Source: Elusimicrobiota bacterium
GTDB taxonomy: Bacteria; Elusimicrobiota; Elusimicrobia; UBA1565; UBA9628
Direction of reading: 5' to 3'
Length of the DNA: 64,000 nt
Assembly: GCA_016212825.1 (NCBI GenBank)
Contig: JACRDS010000013.1
Coordinates: forward strand, 31,677 to 95,676
Position numbers and translations under genes: made by a program. The notes under the pieces are model-generated. The model saw only the letters and a program-made list of their open reading frames with translations. It did not search any database and was not told the origin of the DNA. This document shows, one piece after another, positions 49,918 through 59,252 of the stretch; the stretch's first letter is position 1, and each line of letters starts with the position of its first letter.

Positions 49918-51707
49918 CCGAACATCCCCCGCATCCCCACGCCCCGCCCGCGCATCCGGAGCGCGAGCCGCAGCTGACCGTGCGCGCCGTGGTCGCGGGC
50001 ATGCTCCTGGGCGGCGTCCTGAGCCTCTCCAACCTCTATGTGGCCTTGAAGACCGGCTGGTCCATCGGGGTCTCCATCACCTCGGCCATACTCGCCTTCG
50101 CGATCTTCGCGATCCTGTTCCGGCTCAAGCTCGTGCGCAAGCACTTCGGCATGCTCGAGAACAACGTCATGCAGTCCACGGCCAGCGCGGCCGGCTACAT
50201 GACCGGCGGCGGGACTATCGCCGCCATACCGGCCCTGATGATGATAACAGGCGAAGTCATGGGCGGCTGGCAGATGTTCTTCTGGATCTCCGCCATCGGC
50301 ATGATGGGCTTGGTCATGTCCATCCCCATGAAGGCCCAGATGATCGACATCGAACAACTGCGCTTCCCCACGGGCATCGCCACGGCCGAGACCTTGCGCG
50401 CTTTGCACGGGGCCGAGGGCGCGGGCGGCAAGGGCAAGGCCAACCTCCTGGCCTGGGGCGGGGTGGCCGGCGCGGTGGTGGCCTTCTGGCGCGACGCCAA
50501 GTTCGACTGGCTCTGGAATCTGCCCGAGAAGATCAAGATCCCGGGCGTGACCCTGGCCGGCCGACCTCTGGTGGACTACACTCTCTCCTTCGAGGGCTCT
50601 CTCATCATGGTGGGCGCGGGCGCCATCATGGGCTTCCGCGCGGCCTGGAGCATGCTGCTCGGCGCGCTCATAAACTTCGGCATCCTCGCCCCTTGGCTCT
50701 ACAGCCAGGGGGTCATCAACCCCAAGCTGGGCTATAAGCACATCGTGGCCTGGAGCGTATGGTTCGGCTCGGCCATGATCCTGACCTGCGGCCTGACCGC
50801 CTTCGCTTTCCAGTGGAAGACGGTGATGCGTGCGGTCGACAGCGTGTTCAAGGCCTTCCGCGGCCAGGTGGTCGACGAGCACGGCGAGGTGCCCATGCTG
50901 TGGTTCGTCATCGGCATGGTCCTGCTCACGCCGGTCGTGGTGTTCCTGGAGTGGTTCCTCTTCGGCATCAAGTGGTGGATGGGCATCCTATCGGTGGTGC
51001 TGGGCTTCTTCATCGCCATCGTGGCCTGCCGCGCCACGGGCGAGACGGACACCACCCCGACCGGGGCCCTGGGCAAGATCACCCAGATCACCTTCGGCGT
51101 GCTCGATCCGGGCAACGTCACCACCAACCTCATGACCGCCAACGTGACCGGCGGCGTGGGCCTGCACGCGGCGGACATGCTCACCGTGCTCAAGAGCGGC
51201 TGGCTGCTCAAGGCCGACCCCAAGCATCAGTTCTGGGCCCAGTTCTTCGGCGTGGCGGCGGGCTCCTGCTTCGTGGTGCCGGCCTACCGCCTGCTCATCC
51301 CCACCGCGGACCTGCTGGGCACGGACAAGTGGCCGGCGCCCGGGGCGCAGACCTGGAAGGGCGTGGCCGAACTCCTGGCCAAGGGCTTCCACACCTTGCA
51401 TCCCACGGCGCAGTGGGCGCTGTTCATCGGCGGGGCCTTGGGCGTCATCCTGGTGCTTATGGAGAGATGGTTGCCGAAATACCGCGCCTACATCCCCTCG
51501 GCCACGGGCCTGGGGCTGGCCTTCACCACGCCGGCCAACAACACCATCTCCATGTTCGCGGGCTCGCTGATTGCTTTGCTCATCGAGCGGCGCAAGCCGG
51601 CGCTGGCGGAGAAGACCGTGGTGCCGGTGAGCTCCGGCTTCATCGCCGGGGAGAGCCTGATAGGCGTGCTGCTGGCGGCCCTGGTCGTGCTGGGCCTGAT
51701 GCAGTAA
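49914..51707 (+). CDS. OPT-family oligopeptide transporter
   Basis: About 600 aa with ~16 helices. LTVRAVVAGMLLGGVLSLSNLYVALKTGW is the typical OPT N-terminus. Confidence 0.75.
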   Translation: MTEHPPHPHAPPAHPEREPQLTVRAVVAGMLLGGVLSLSNLYVALKTGWSIGVSITSAILAFAIFAILFRLKLVRKHFGMLENNVMQSTASAAGYMTGGGTIAAIPALMMITGEVMGGWQMFFWISAIGMMGLVMSIPMKAQMIDIEQLRFPTGIATAETLRALHGAEGAGGKGKANLLAWGGVAGAVVAFWRDAKFDWLWNLPEKIKIPGVTLAGRPLVDYTLSFEGSLIMVGAGAIMGFRAAWSMLLGALINFGILAPWLYSQGVINPKLGYKHIVAWSVWFGSAMILTCGLTAFAFQWKTVMRAVDSVFKAFRGQVVDEHGEVPMLWFVIGMVLLTPVVVFLEWFLFGIKWWMGILSVVLGFFIAIVACRATGETDTTPTGALGKITQITFGVLDPGNVTTNLMTANVTGGVGLHAADMLTVLKSGWLLKADPKHQFWAQFFGVAAGSCFVVPAYRLLIPTADLLGTDKWPAPGAQTWKGVAELLAKGFHTLHPTAQWALFIGGALGVILVLMERWLPKYRAYIPSATGLGLAFTTPANNTISMFAGSLIALLIERRKPALAEKTVVPVSSGFIAGESLIGVLLAALVVLGLMQ

Positions 51708-51735
51708 CCGGTACCTGGTTTTAACTTTTTACTTA

Positions 51736-52092
51736 TTAGGCCTGCTTCTTGAGCTTCTCGGCCAGGCGCTGGAGCTCCTCGCCCGCGGCTGCCAGGCCGG
51801 CGCTGAGGGTTCGGCGCAGGTCCTTGGTGGCCTTGAGGCCTTCCTCTTTGCCCAGGGACGCGACCTTGCGGGCCTGTCCCTTGATGGCATGGAGCTCCTC
51901 GCTGGCCGCCGCCTTCTTGATGGCCTTGGCGACCCGGTCGCTGACGCCGCGCACGCTGTCCTTGATATCGGAGCGGATCTCGGAGACGTCGCGGCTGGTG
52001 GCCGCGCTCTTGATGGCATCGCTGATCTGCTCCGCGAGCAGGCCGATCTCGCCGCGCAGCCCGTGACGCTGGTCGTGCTTCTTTCTAGCCAT
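51736..52092 (-). CDS. small helical protein, unknown function
   Basis: 118-aa Lys/Ala-rich amphipathic repeats. The only convincing minus-strand ORF in this region. Confidence 0.5.
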   Translation of the reverse strand: MARKKHDQRHGLRGEIGLLAEQISDAIKSAATSRDVSEIRSDIKDSVRGVSDRVAKAIKKAAASEELHAIKGQARKVASLGKEEGLKATKDLRRTLSAGLAAAGEELQRLAEKLKKQA

Positions 52093-52130
52093 GTTGGTCC
52101 CTCCTTGTTTCCGACGCAGCCCCCATCATA

Positions 52131-52136
52131 TATAAT
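52131..52136 (+). promoter_or_regulatory. -10 box TATAAT close to the regulator start
   Basis: TATAAT lies 11 nt upstream of the ATG at 52148. There is no SD, so a short-leader or leaderless transcript is likely. Confidence 0.35.
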
Positions 52137-52147
52137 CTATCCCAGCC

Positions 52148-52855
52148 ATGCCCAACGAACGCATCCTCATCGTGGACGACGAGCCGGCCTGGGTGACCCT
52201 GGTCAGGTTCTGGCTTGAGTCCGCGGGCTACAAGAACCTCGAGTCCGCGGGCAGCGGCGGCGAAGCCTTGGTCATGGCGCAGAATAACCCCCCGGACTGC
52301 ATTCTGCTCGACCTGGAGCTCCCGGACCAGAGCGGCATGGAGGTCTGCCGCAAGCTGCGCTCCCTGCCCGCCCTGAGCCGCACCCCGGTGGTACTCTTCA
52401 CCGCGCACAAGCGCGAGAAGGTCCTGGGCCTGCAGAGCGGGGCGGACTACTTCGTGGGCAAGTCCGACCGACCTCACGAGCTGCTGGCCACTATTGACGC
52501 GGTGCTGCGTCGCAAGCAAATGGAGGAGGGGCTCTTGTCCTTGGGCAGCCTCATCCTCAAGTCCGCGACGCGGCAGGTCTTCTTCAAGGACGGGCTCGTG
52601 GCCACGCTCACTCCCAAGATGTTCGTACTCCTGCATGTTCTGGTCAAGCATAGCCCCCAGCCCGTGAGCCGCGCCGAGCTCTACCGCTTGGTGGAGGGCG
52701 TGGAAGACCCGGGGCTCTCCCGGGCCCTGGACGTGATGCTCAACCGTATGCGCAAGATGTTGCCCGCAGAGCTGGAGAAGCGCATCGTCAACGTCAAGAA
52801 CTTCGGCTATGTGTTCCTCGGGGAAGCGACCCAGGAACCTCCTCAGTTAGTCTGA
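52148..52855 (+). CDS. OmpR/PhoB-type response regulator
   Basis: Receiver domain (ILIVDDE...LLDLELPD) plus a winged-helix output (LTPKMFVLLHVL...VKNFGYVF). Confidence 0.85.
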   Translation: MPNERILIVDDEPAWVTLVRFWLESAGYKNLESAGSGGEALVMAQNNPPDCILLDLELPDQSGMEVCRKLRSLPALSRTPVVLFTAHKREKVLGLQSGADYFVGKSDRPHELLATIDAVLRRKQMEEGLLSLGSLILKSATRQVFFKDGLVATLTPKMFVLLHVLVKHSPQPVSRAELYRLVEGVEDPGLSRALDVMLNRMRKMLPAELEKRIVNVKNFGYVFLGEATQEPPQLV

Positions 52856-52892
52856 TTAACATTGTCGTTACTTTAAGTAACGGCGATGTGAA

Positions 52893-52921
52893 TTGACAGA
52901 ACAAAATCCTCCTGTTAAGCT
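52893..52921 (+). promoter_or_regulatory. sigma-70-type promoter TTGACA-N17-TAAGCT
   Basis: Perfect -35 with 17-nt spacing in an AT-rich patch. Lies ~60 nt upstream of the riboswitch-like element. Confidence 0.5.
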
Positions 52922-52990
52922 CCTATTAGCTCTTTTATTTGGGCTGGACGACAAATGGCACACGGTCTGCTTCAGGCAGGCCCCCAGAGG

Positions 52991-53085
52991 AATGCCGCTG
53001 GGCCGGGGAAACCCGGGGTCGCAAAGCTACGGGGCTAAAGGGAAGCCAGCCGGGCTTCTCCAAGTTCGCCGGGTTGCCGAAGGTG
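52991..53085 (+). promoter_or_regulatory. candidate c-di-GMP-I (GEMM-I) riboswitch aptamer
   Basis: A CCGGGG-GAAA-CCCGGGG hairpin is followed by GUCGCAAAGCUACGGGGCUAAAG, an inner GAAGCC/GGCUUC hairpin, and a 3' GCCGGGUUGCCGAAGG. Compare Vc2: GACGCAAAGCCUCCGGCCUAAAC ... GCGGGGUUACCGAUGG. Confidence 0.55.
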
Positions 53086-53113
53086 ATAACCGCGGAGGCG
53101 GCCGCAGCGCTAT

Positions 53114-53149
53114 CCCGGGGATCTTCGACAGCCCGGTTATTTTTTATCC
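53114..53149 (+). terminator. possible riboswitch expression-platform terminator
   Basis: A short CCGGG/CCCGG stem is followed by TTATTTTTTAT, a striking U-tract for this GC content. The stem is weak. Confidence 0.35.
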
Positions 53150-53322
53150 TAAAAAGACCAGCCGGCAGTCGCCTGCCAGCGACCGCCGGCTCTGTTGGGG
53201 GCCGAGGTTCGGGGGAACCATGCCAGCGCCCGTTAGTGAGTGTAGCAGACAGCCTGCGGGAAGCAAGCCCGCCTCAGTCAGCGTTGGTCAGAGGCTGTCA
53301 CCGGTCCTCGCCCTCCTTACTT

Positions 53323-54144
53323 ATGGCCGCCCCTGCCGTGGCCGGGGAATACGAGCGCGTCGCGGAGGAACTCTGCCGCGCGGCCCGGGCCCAGGGCCGC
53401 GGCCGCGTGGCCGTGCTCCCCTTCCAGAACGTGGGCAAGAAGAACGCCTTGGCCGGCGGCATCATATCGGAGAAGCTGGTGACCGCGGTGATGGGGAGGG
53501 GAGAACTCGAGGTCGTGGAGCGCACCCTGCTGGCCGCGGTGCTGCGCGAGCAGAGGCTCATGCACTCCGGCGCGGTGGACGCGGGCTCCATGAAGGAACT
53601 GGGGCGCATCCTGGGCGTCGATGCCCTGGTGGGGGGCACGGTCATGGAGCGCCAGGATGGACGCTTCGAGGTCAACATGCGGCTCATCGACACGCAGAGC
53701 GCGCGCATCCTCGGCGCGGCCTCGGCCAAGGTCCAGAAGGAATGGGCCGAGTCCTTCTTCGACGACTTCAACATGGAGCCGGCCCTGCCGTCCTGGGGCA
53801 GCTTCCAGATTGCGGGTCCGGCCTACGGAGCGGAGGCTGGCGAGCCGGACTGCGGCCGGGCCGCCGAGGACATGGACGAGCTCGACCGGGCCATCCTCGA
53901 CGTCAAGGCCCGCTACTGGGCGGGCCGGCTCAAGGACCGGGACATCGAGCGCGGCGCCCTGAAGCGCAACCCGGGCTCAGAGATCCGCAACGAGCTGACC
54001 CGGCAGGAGTTCTACCGGGTCCTGCGCAGCCACTACGACGACCCGGGAATGCGGCGGGTGACGCGCGGCGAGTTTCAGAGGCTGGTGGACACCCAGAAGA
54101 CGATCGACCGGGTGGCGGAGGCGTGCGGCGGCAGCGGCGTGTGA
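53323..54144 (+). CDS. FlgO/CsgG-like periplasmic or outer-membrane-associated protein
   Basis: VAVLPFQNVGKKNALAGGIISEKLVTAVM...LEVVERTLLAAVLREQ...LGVDALVGGTV resembles the FlgO/LpoB/CsgG-type fold. The start is uncertain. Confidence 0.45.
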   Translation: MAAPAVAGEYERVAEELCRAARAQGRGRVAVLPFQNVGKKNALAGGIISEKLVTAVMGRGELEVVERTLLAAVLREQRLMHSGAVDAGSMKELGRILGVDALVGGTVMERQDGRFEVNMRLIDTQSARILGAASAKVQKEWAESFFDDFNMEPALPSWGSFQIAGPAYGAEAGEPDCGRAAEDMDELDRAILDVKARYWAGRLKDRDIERGALKRNPGSEIRNELTRQEFYRVLRSHYDDPGMRRVTRGEFQRLVDTQKTIDRVAEACGGSGV

Positions 54145-54154
54145 GGGAGGAGCT

Positions 54155-54598
54155 ATGAGAACAGCGAGATGGATGGTGTTGGCAGCGGTCGCGTGTCTGG
54201 CCGGCTGCGCCGGCGTGGAGAGCCGTGTGCGGGGGGGCAAGGTGCCGCAGACTTTGGACCAGAAGCCGGTGCGCGGGGGCTTCCTCGAGGCCATCGGCAT
54301 CGGGGCCTCGGATCCGGCCCTGCCCACCGAGACCCAGCGCAAGGCCTTGGCCCGGGACGCGGCCATCGTCAAGGCGCAGTACGAGCTGCTCTCCATGGTC
54401 AAGGGCGTGACCATGGAGGGCGGCGTCTCCGTGTCGCGGGCCCTGGAGACGGACTCGGTCCTGGCGGCAAAGGTCAACGCGGCCATCGTGGGGGCCGAGG
54501 TGCGCAAGAGCGAGTTCACGGCTGACAACGGCTGCGTGGTGACCTTGCGCCTGCCCAAGCAGCGCCTGGAAGAGCTGATGGGCGTGAGGTTCCAGTGA
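54155..54598 (+). CDS. LPP20-family lipoprotein
   Basis: Lipobox LAGCAG. EAIGIGAS...TQRKALARDAAIVKAQYELLSMVKGV is the LPP20/FlgP-type pattern. Confidence 0.6.
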   Translation: MRTARWMVLAAVACLAGCAGVESRVRGGKVPQTLDQKPVRGGFLEAIGIGASDPALPTETQRKALARDAAIVKAQYELLSMVKGVTMEGGVSVSRALETDSVLAAKVNAAIVGAEVRKSEFTADNGCVVTLRLPKQRLEELMGVRFQ

Positions 54599-55359
54599 AG
54601 AGAGCCGGGCTCGCCGTCCTGCTCCTCCTGGCCGGCTGCGCGCACGGGCCGGCGCGGCGAGGCGGGCCTGAGCGGGTCTGCGTGACGGCCGAGGGTTGGT
54701 CCGCGGTGGTCCCATCCGACCAACTGGGCACGGCCAAGCGGGCCTTGGCCGAGGCGCAAAGGAAGGCCGTGGAGGCCGTCACGGGAGTCTCGGTGCGCGC
54801 GCGCACCCGTGTGGAACAGGCCGTGTCGGTGGAGCAGAAGATATGGTCCGATGCGGAGGGTCGCATCCTGTCCTACGAGGTGCTCGGCGAGCGCGAGGAG
54901 GGGGGCTTCCACAAGACCCGCATCCGGGCCGTGGTGCTCAAGGATTCGCCTCAGCCGGGCCAAACCAGGCCCGCGTCCTTGCCCGGGGACCCGAAGGTCG
55001 CGGTGGTGGTGGACACCTGGGCCTTCCCGGACCGGGGCGCGGCTGAGAGGGGAGTGGCGCAGGGGCTCAAGGAAGCGGGCGTGAAGGTGGGTTTCGGCGC
55101 GGCGGATTATGTGGTCAGCGGCGAGGCTTCGGTGGCGCCGCTGGACTCGGGCGGGCTGGAGGGCTTCGTGTCGTATCGGGCGCGTCTGGCCGTGGAGCTC
55201 AAGGACCCGGCCAAGGACGAGGTCATAGCGGCGCGGAACTTCGAGGCCTCGGCCATGGATGTGTCGCGCCCAGCGGCCGCGGGCAAGGCTTTGGCGCAGG
55301 CCGGACGCCTGGCCGGAGAAAGGCTGGCTGCGGACCTGCGGGCCCGCTTGGAGGAATGA
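54595..55359 (+). CDS. lipoprotein with LPP20-like N-terminal domain
   Basis: Lipobox LLAGCAHG plus AKRALAEAQRKAVEAVTGV. Its start overlaps the previous stop. Confidence 0.5.
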   Translation: MKRAGLAVLLLLAGCAHGPARRGGPERVCVTAEGWSAVVPSDQLGTAKRALAEAQRKAVEAVTGVSVRARTRVEQAVSVEQKIWSDAEGRILSYEVLGEREEGGFHKTRIRAVVLKDSPQPGQTRPASLPGDPKVAVVVDTWAFPDRGAAERGVAQGLKEAGVKVGFGAADYVVSGEASVAPLDSGGLEGFVSYRARLAVELKDPAKDEVIAARNFEASAMDVSRPAAAGKALAQAGRLAGERLAADLRARLEE

Positions 55360-55428
55360 GGCCTTGGTTGGTGCCTGGTTTTCACTATTTCACGATTTTT
55401 GGGATAACTCGGACGGGTTGGAGGAACG

Positions 55429-55902
55429 ATGAATATCATCTTGGCGTTGCTGCTTCTGCCTTCTCTGGCTCAAGCGCAGGAGTCCTCGCCGTGGACCGTG
55501 TTCCAGGTCGAGATGGCCCTGGCGGACCGGCTGCAGGAGAAGGTCCTCGACCGCATCCTGGGGCCGGGACAGAGCGCTGCCTTCGTGTCCATGGACATCG
55601 AGTTCGCCGAGGAGGAAACGTCCTCCTCGCGCGACGGCTTGGGCCGGGTTGACACGGTCCTGTCCGTGGCGACTTCCACCGGGACCTCCCAGTCTCAGAG
55701 GGCCAGCCAGGCCAAGGGCTCCCGAGACTCCAAGTCCATCGTCCGGCGGGAAGCCAAGCGCCTGGCCGTGCGCGTGCTCTACGACCAGAAGCTGAGCGGC
55801 GAGGAGGTCACGGCGGCGAAGAAGGCCCTGGAGACGGCTCTGGAGCCGTACGGGAAGGGCGCGGACATCCGGTTCGTCGCTGCTCCGTTCCGGGAGACCT
55901 AG
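55429..55902 (+). CDS. secreted hypothetical protein
   Basis: Signal peptide MNIILALLLLPSLAQA. No domain recognised. Confidence 0.5.
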   Translation: MNIILALLLLPSLAQAQESSPWTVFQVEMALADRLQEKVLDRILGPGQSAAFVSMDIEFAEEETSSSRDGLGRVDTVLSVATSTGTSQSQRASQAKGSRDSKSIVRREAKRLAVRVLYDQKLSGEEVTAAKKALETALEPYGKGADIRFVAAPFRET

Positions 55903-56006
55903 CCCACGCGGGCCACGGGATCCGGGGACAATACTCATCTCCGGAATTAGGTATTGTGTTCCCCAACTGGAATCCTGTCTGTTGTCCGGCCGCCTCCTTG
56001 ATTAGC

Positions 56007-56012
56007 TAGAAT
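56007..56012 (+). promoter_or_regulatory. -10 box TAGAAT, probably giving a leaderless mRNA
   Basis: TAGAAT ends 6 nt before the ATG at 56019. Confidence 0.4.
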
Positions 56013-56018
56013 CCCTCC

Positions 56019-57563
56019 ATGCCTCTGCGCGACGCCCTGGCCGCGGCCTTCACTCCGACCATGCTCTGGTCCTTCCCCCTGCTCCTCGCGGCCATCGCCG
56101 CCCTCTCCGCCGCCGCGCCTGCGGCGCGCCGCCGGCTCGGGGCGGCCGGCCTGCTGGCCCTGGCCGCCGCCGTGGGTCTGCTCCTGGCCGCGGCCCTGCG
56201 CACTCTTGGCCTGCAGGCGGACGCCGGCTTCTACCGCATCACGCACGGCCTGGCCGTCCTGCTCCTGGCCTTGGCCGCCATCAACGCGGCCGCGGCCACG
56301 GCCTTCGGCGTCATCCTGCCGGCCCTGCGTCTGCCTCTCTCTCCCATCCTGCGCGACCTCATCCTGGCCGTGCTCTACGTCGGGGCCGCCCTCACCGTGG
56401 CCGGCCACGAGGGCGCCAATCTCACCGGCATACTCGCCACCTCGGCCATGGTCACGGCCGTGGTCGCCTTCTCCTTGCAGGACACCCTGGGCAACGTCAT
56501 CGGCGGCATGGTCCTGCACCTGGAGAGCTCCTTCGCGCCCGGGGACTGGATCCGCGTCGGGGAGGAAGAGGGCGTGGTGCGCGAGATCCGCTGGCGCCAG
56601 ACCACCTTGGACACCGGCTCGGGCAACATCATCGTCATCCCCAACAGCAGCATCATGAAGGGGACGGTGACGGTCCTGGGCCGCGCTGCGGGGCTGCCCC
56701 CGCGCCGCCTGATGCGGGTGCCGTTCAACGTCTATTACGACCGGCAGCCCAACGAGGTGATAGCCGCGGTGGCCGACGCCCTGCGCGCGGACCCGCCGGC
56801 CGGAGTGGCGGCCGACCCGCCGCCCTGGTGCGTGCTCGTGGATTTCGCGGAGGGCCACGCGGTCTACGCGGCGCGGTACTGGCTGCGCGACCTGGGCCGG
56901 GTCGAGGCCGTGGCCTCGGAGGTGCGCGTGCGCGTCTACCACGCTTTGGCCCGCGCCGGCATCAAGATATCCATCCCCAGCCGCTCCATCGTGGTCACCC
57001 AGCAGGACGCGGACGTCCAGGAGCGCCGCCGCCGCCTGGAGCTCGAGCGCCGCCTGGCCGCCCTGCGCGGGGTGGACATATTCCAGAGCCTCACCGACGA
57101 GGAGGTCCGCACCTTGGCCGGGCGCCTCAAGGCCACCCCCTTCGCCCGCGGCGAGGCCATCACGCGCGAGGGCGCGGCCGAGGACTGGCTCTTCATCGTC
57201 TACGCCGGGGAGGCGGACGTGCGCGTGCACGCCGCCGGAGGCCCGGCCTTCCAGAGCGTGGCGCGCCTGAAGGCCGGCTCCTTCCTGGGCGAGATGGCCC
57301 TCATGACCGGGGAGCCGCGCTCCGCCACCGTGGTGGCGGTCAACGACGTGGGCTGCTACCGCCTCGACCGGGCCGGCTTCAAGGACATCCTGGCGCGACG
57401 GCCCCAGCTCGCCGAAGCCATCTCCCTGATCCTGGTCCAGCGCCGGCTCGAGCTCAAGAGCGCGCGCGAGGGCCTCGACGAGGAGGCCGGCCGCCGCAAC
57501 CTGGGCCGCGCGCAGGGGGACCTGCTCTCGCGCATCCGCAGCATCTTCTCCCTGGGAGGCTGA
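56019..57563 (+). CDS. MscS-family mechanosensitive channel with C-terminal cyclic-nucleotide-binding domain
   Basis: TM helices, an MscS beta-domain (GDWIRVGEEEGVVREIRWRQTTL), and a cNMP domain (FLGEMALMTGEPRSATVVA). Confidence 0.8.
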   Translation: MPLRDALAAAFTPTMLWSFPLLLAAIAALSAAAPAARRRLGAAGLLALAAAVGLLLAAALRTLGLQADAGFYRITHGLAVLLLALAAINAAAATAFGVILPALRLPLSPILRDLILAVLYVGAALTVAGHEGANLTGILATSAMVTAVVAFSLQDTLGNVIGGMVLHLESSFAPGDWIRVGEEEGVVREIRWRQTTLDTGSGNIIVIPNSSIMKGTVTVLGRAAGLPPRRLMRVPFNVYYDRQPNEVIAAVADALRADPPAGVAADPPPWCVLVDFAEGHAVYAARYWLRDLGRVEAVASEVRVRVYHALARAGIKISIPSRSIVVTQQDADVQERRRRLELERRLAALRGVDIFQSLTDEEVRTLAGRLKATPFARGEAITREGAAEDWLFIVYAGEADVRVHAAGGPAFQSVARLKAGSFLGEMALMTGEPRSATVVAVNDVGCYRLDRAGFKDILARRPQLAEAISLILVQRRLELKSAREGLDEEAGRRNLGRAQGDLLSRIRSIFSLGG

Positions 57564-57565
57564 GC

Positions 57566-57967
57566 ATGTCAGTCAAGATCACGGCCCGGTACGTCGGCGA
57601 CGACACGGTGGAGCTCGAGCACGGCCCCAGCGGCCGCAAGATCGCCACGGACCTGCCCGTGGACAACGGGGGCCGGGGCCGGACCTTCTCGCCCACGGAC
57701 CTGCTGGCCGCGTCTCTGTCCTCCTGCATCCTGACCATCATGGCCAAGGCCGCCAAGAGGGACGAGCTGGACCTCAAGGGCGCCACGGTGGAAGTCGAGA
57801 AGGAGATGCAGGCCAGCCCGCGGCGCGTGGCGCGCTTCGTGGGGCGCATCGTCCTGCCCAAGCACGTGACCGCCGAGCAGAGGGAGCGGCTCAAGGCCTT
57901 CATCAAGGCCTGCCCGGTGCACGGCAGCCTGCATCCGGACGTCAAAGTCGACCTGGCCGTCGAATAG
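57566..57967 (+). CDS. OsmC/Ohr-family protein
   Basis: GGRGRTFSPTDLLAASLSSCILT and ACPVHGSL are the two conserved-Cys OsmC motifs. Confidence 0.75.
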   Translation: MSVKITARYVGDDTVELEHGPSGRKIATDLPVDNGGRGRTFSPTDLLAASLSSCILTIMAKAAKRDELDLKGATVEVEKEMQASPRRVARFVGRIVLPKHVTAEQRERLKAFIKACPVHGSLHPDVKVDLAVE

Positions 57968-58025
57968 GGCCGGAGCGGGAACCTTCGGCTGCCCCTGGTG
58001 TCTAGTAGGTCATGGAGGTGATGAG

Positions 58026-59252
58026 ATGATCAAGAACGCGTTGGCTCTGGCGGCGGCCCTGCTGGCCGCGCCCGCCGCGGCGGCTCCGGCGGACCAGGCG
58101 GCGGTGGTGCAGGGGAACACGTCCTTCGCCCTCCAGCTCTATTCTCGCCTGGCGTCCCGGCCGGGGAACCTCTTCTTCTCGCCCTACAGCATCTCCAGCG
58201 CTTTGGCCATGACCTATGGCGGGGCCGCGGGCCATACCGCCGAGGAGATGGCCAAGACCCTTCGTCTGGACCTTCCGTCCTCGCGGCTGCATGCGGCCTT
58301 CGGCGGGCTCAATCAGGCGCTCAACGAAGGAGGGAAGAAGGGCGGCTACTCCTTGAGCGTGGCCAACGCCCTTTGGGGTCAGCGAGGAGCCGCGTTCCTG
58401 GCTCCCTTTCTCGATCTTGTGAAGCGCGGCTATGGGGCCGGCCTGAGCCAGCTGGATTTCAAGGGCGATGCGGAGGGGGCGCGCAAATCCATCAACGGGT
58501 GGGTGGAACAGAAGACGAGCGGGAGGATCAAGGACCTCATCGCTCCCGGCGTGCTCAACCACCTGACGCAGTTGGTTCTGACGAACGCCATCTACTTCAA
58601 AGGAAAGTGGGAGAAGGAGTTCAAGGCGGGCTTCACCTCGGACGAGCCGTTCTATGCGGTTTCGGGAAAACAGGTCAAGGCCCGGCTGATGCGGCAGACG
58701 ACGGAGTTCGGCTATTTCGATGGCGGGACGTTCCAGCAGCTGGAGATGCCCTACCAAGGCCAGGATCTGGCCATGGTGGTCCTGCTCCCAAGAGACAAGT
58801 ACGGCCTGGCGGCGCTAGAGCAGACGCTTTCTGCGGAAGCTCTGCAGGACTGGTCGGCCAAGGTGCGTCGAGTCAAGGTGCAGGTCCATCTTCCGAAGTT
58901 CAAGATGACGGAGCAGATCGCTTTGGCGAAGGAGCTCAAGGCTCTGGGCATGTCCGAGGCTTTCGATAAGCAGAAGGCGGATTTCGCGCCGATGAACGGC
59001 AAGAGGCCGCCGGATGCCGAGGCCTTGTCCATCTCGGAAGTCATCCATAAGGCCTTCGTCGAGGTCAACGAGGAGGGGACCGAGGCCGCCGCCGCGACAG
59101 CGGTAGTGATGCAGACCCTTGGGATGAGCGCCCATCCCCGGCTTCCTCCTCCGCCGGTTTTCCGGGCCGACCATCCCTTCTTGTTCCTGATCCGCGACCT
59201 GCACTCGGGCTCGATCCTGTTCTTGGGCCGGGTCGTGGACCCCAAGGCGTGA
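58026..59252 (+). CDS. serpin-family protease inhibitor (secreted)
   Basis: Signal peptide. NLFFSPYSISSALAMTYGGA block. Hinge and reactive-centre loop EEGTEAAAATAVVMQTLGMS. C-terminal FRADHPFLFLIRD. Confidence 0.85.
   Translation: MIKNALALAAALLAAPAAAAPADQAAVVQGNTSFALQLYSRLASRPGNLFFSPYSISSALAMTYGGAAGHTAEEMAKTLRLDLPSSRLHAAFGGLNQALNEGGKKGGYSLSVANALWGQRGAAFLAPFLDLVKRGYGAGLSQLDFKGDAEGARKSINGWVEQKTSGRIKDLIAPGVLNHLTQLVLTNAIYFKGKWEKEFKAGFTSDEPFYAVSGKQVKARLMRQTTEFGYFDGGTFQQLEMPYQGQDLAMVVLLPRDKYGLAALEQTLSAEALQDWSAKVRRVKVQVHLPKFKMTEQIALAKELKALGMSEAFDKQKADFAPMNGKRPPDAEALSISEVIHKAFVEVNEEGTEAAAATAVVMQTLGMSAHPRLPPPPVFRADHPFLFLIRDLHSGSILFLGRVVDPKA

Noticed and set aside
52893-53322. 5' parts of track ORFs 52893..54158 and 52939..54144 (400+ aa) spanning the intergenic gap
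   Set aside because: The region contains a promoter, a riboswitch-like element and a U-tract. The translated sequences are low-complexity, and recognisable protein similarity only starts near 53323.
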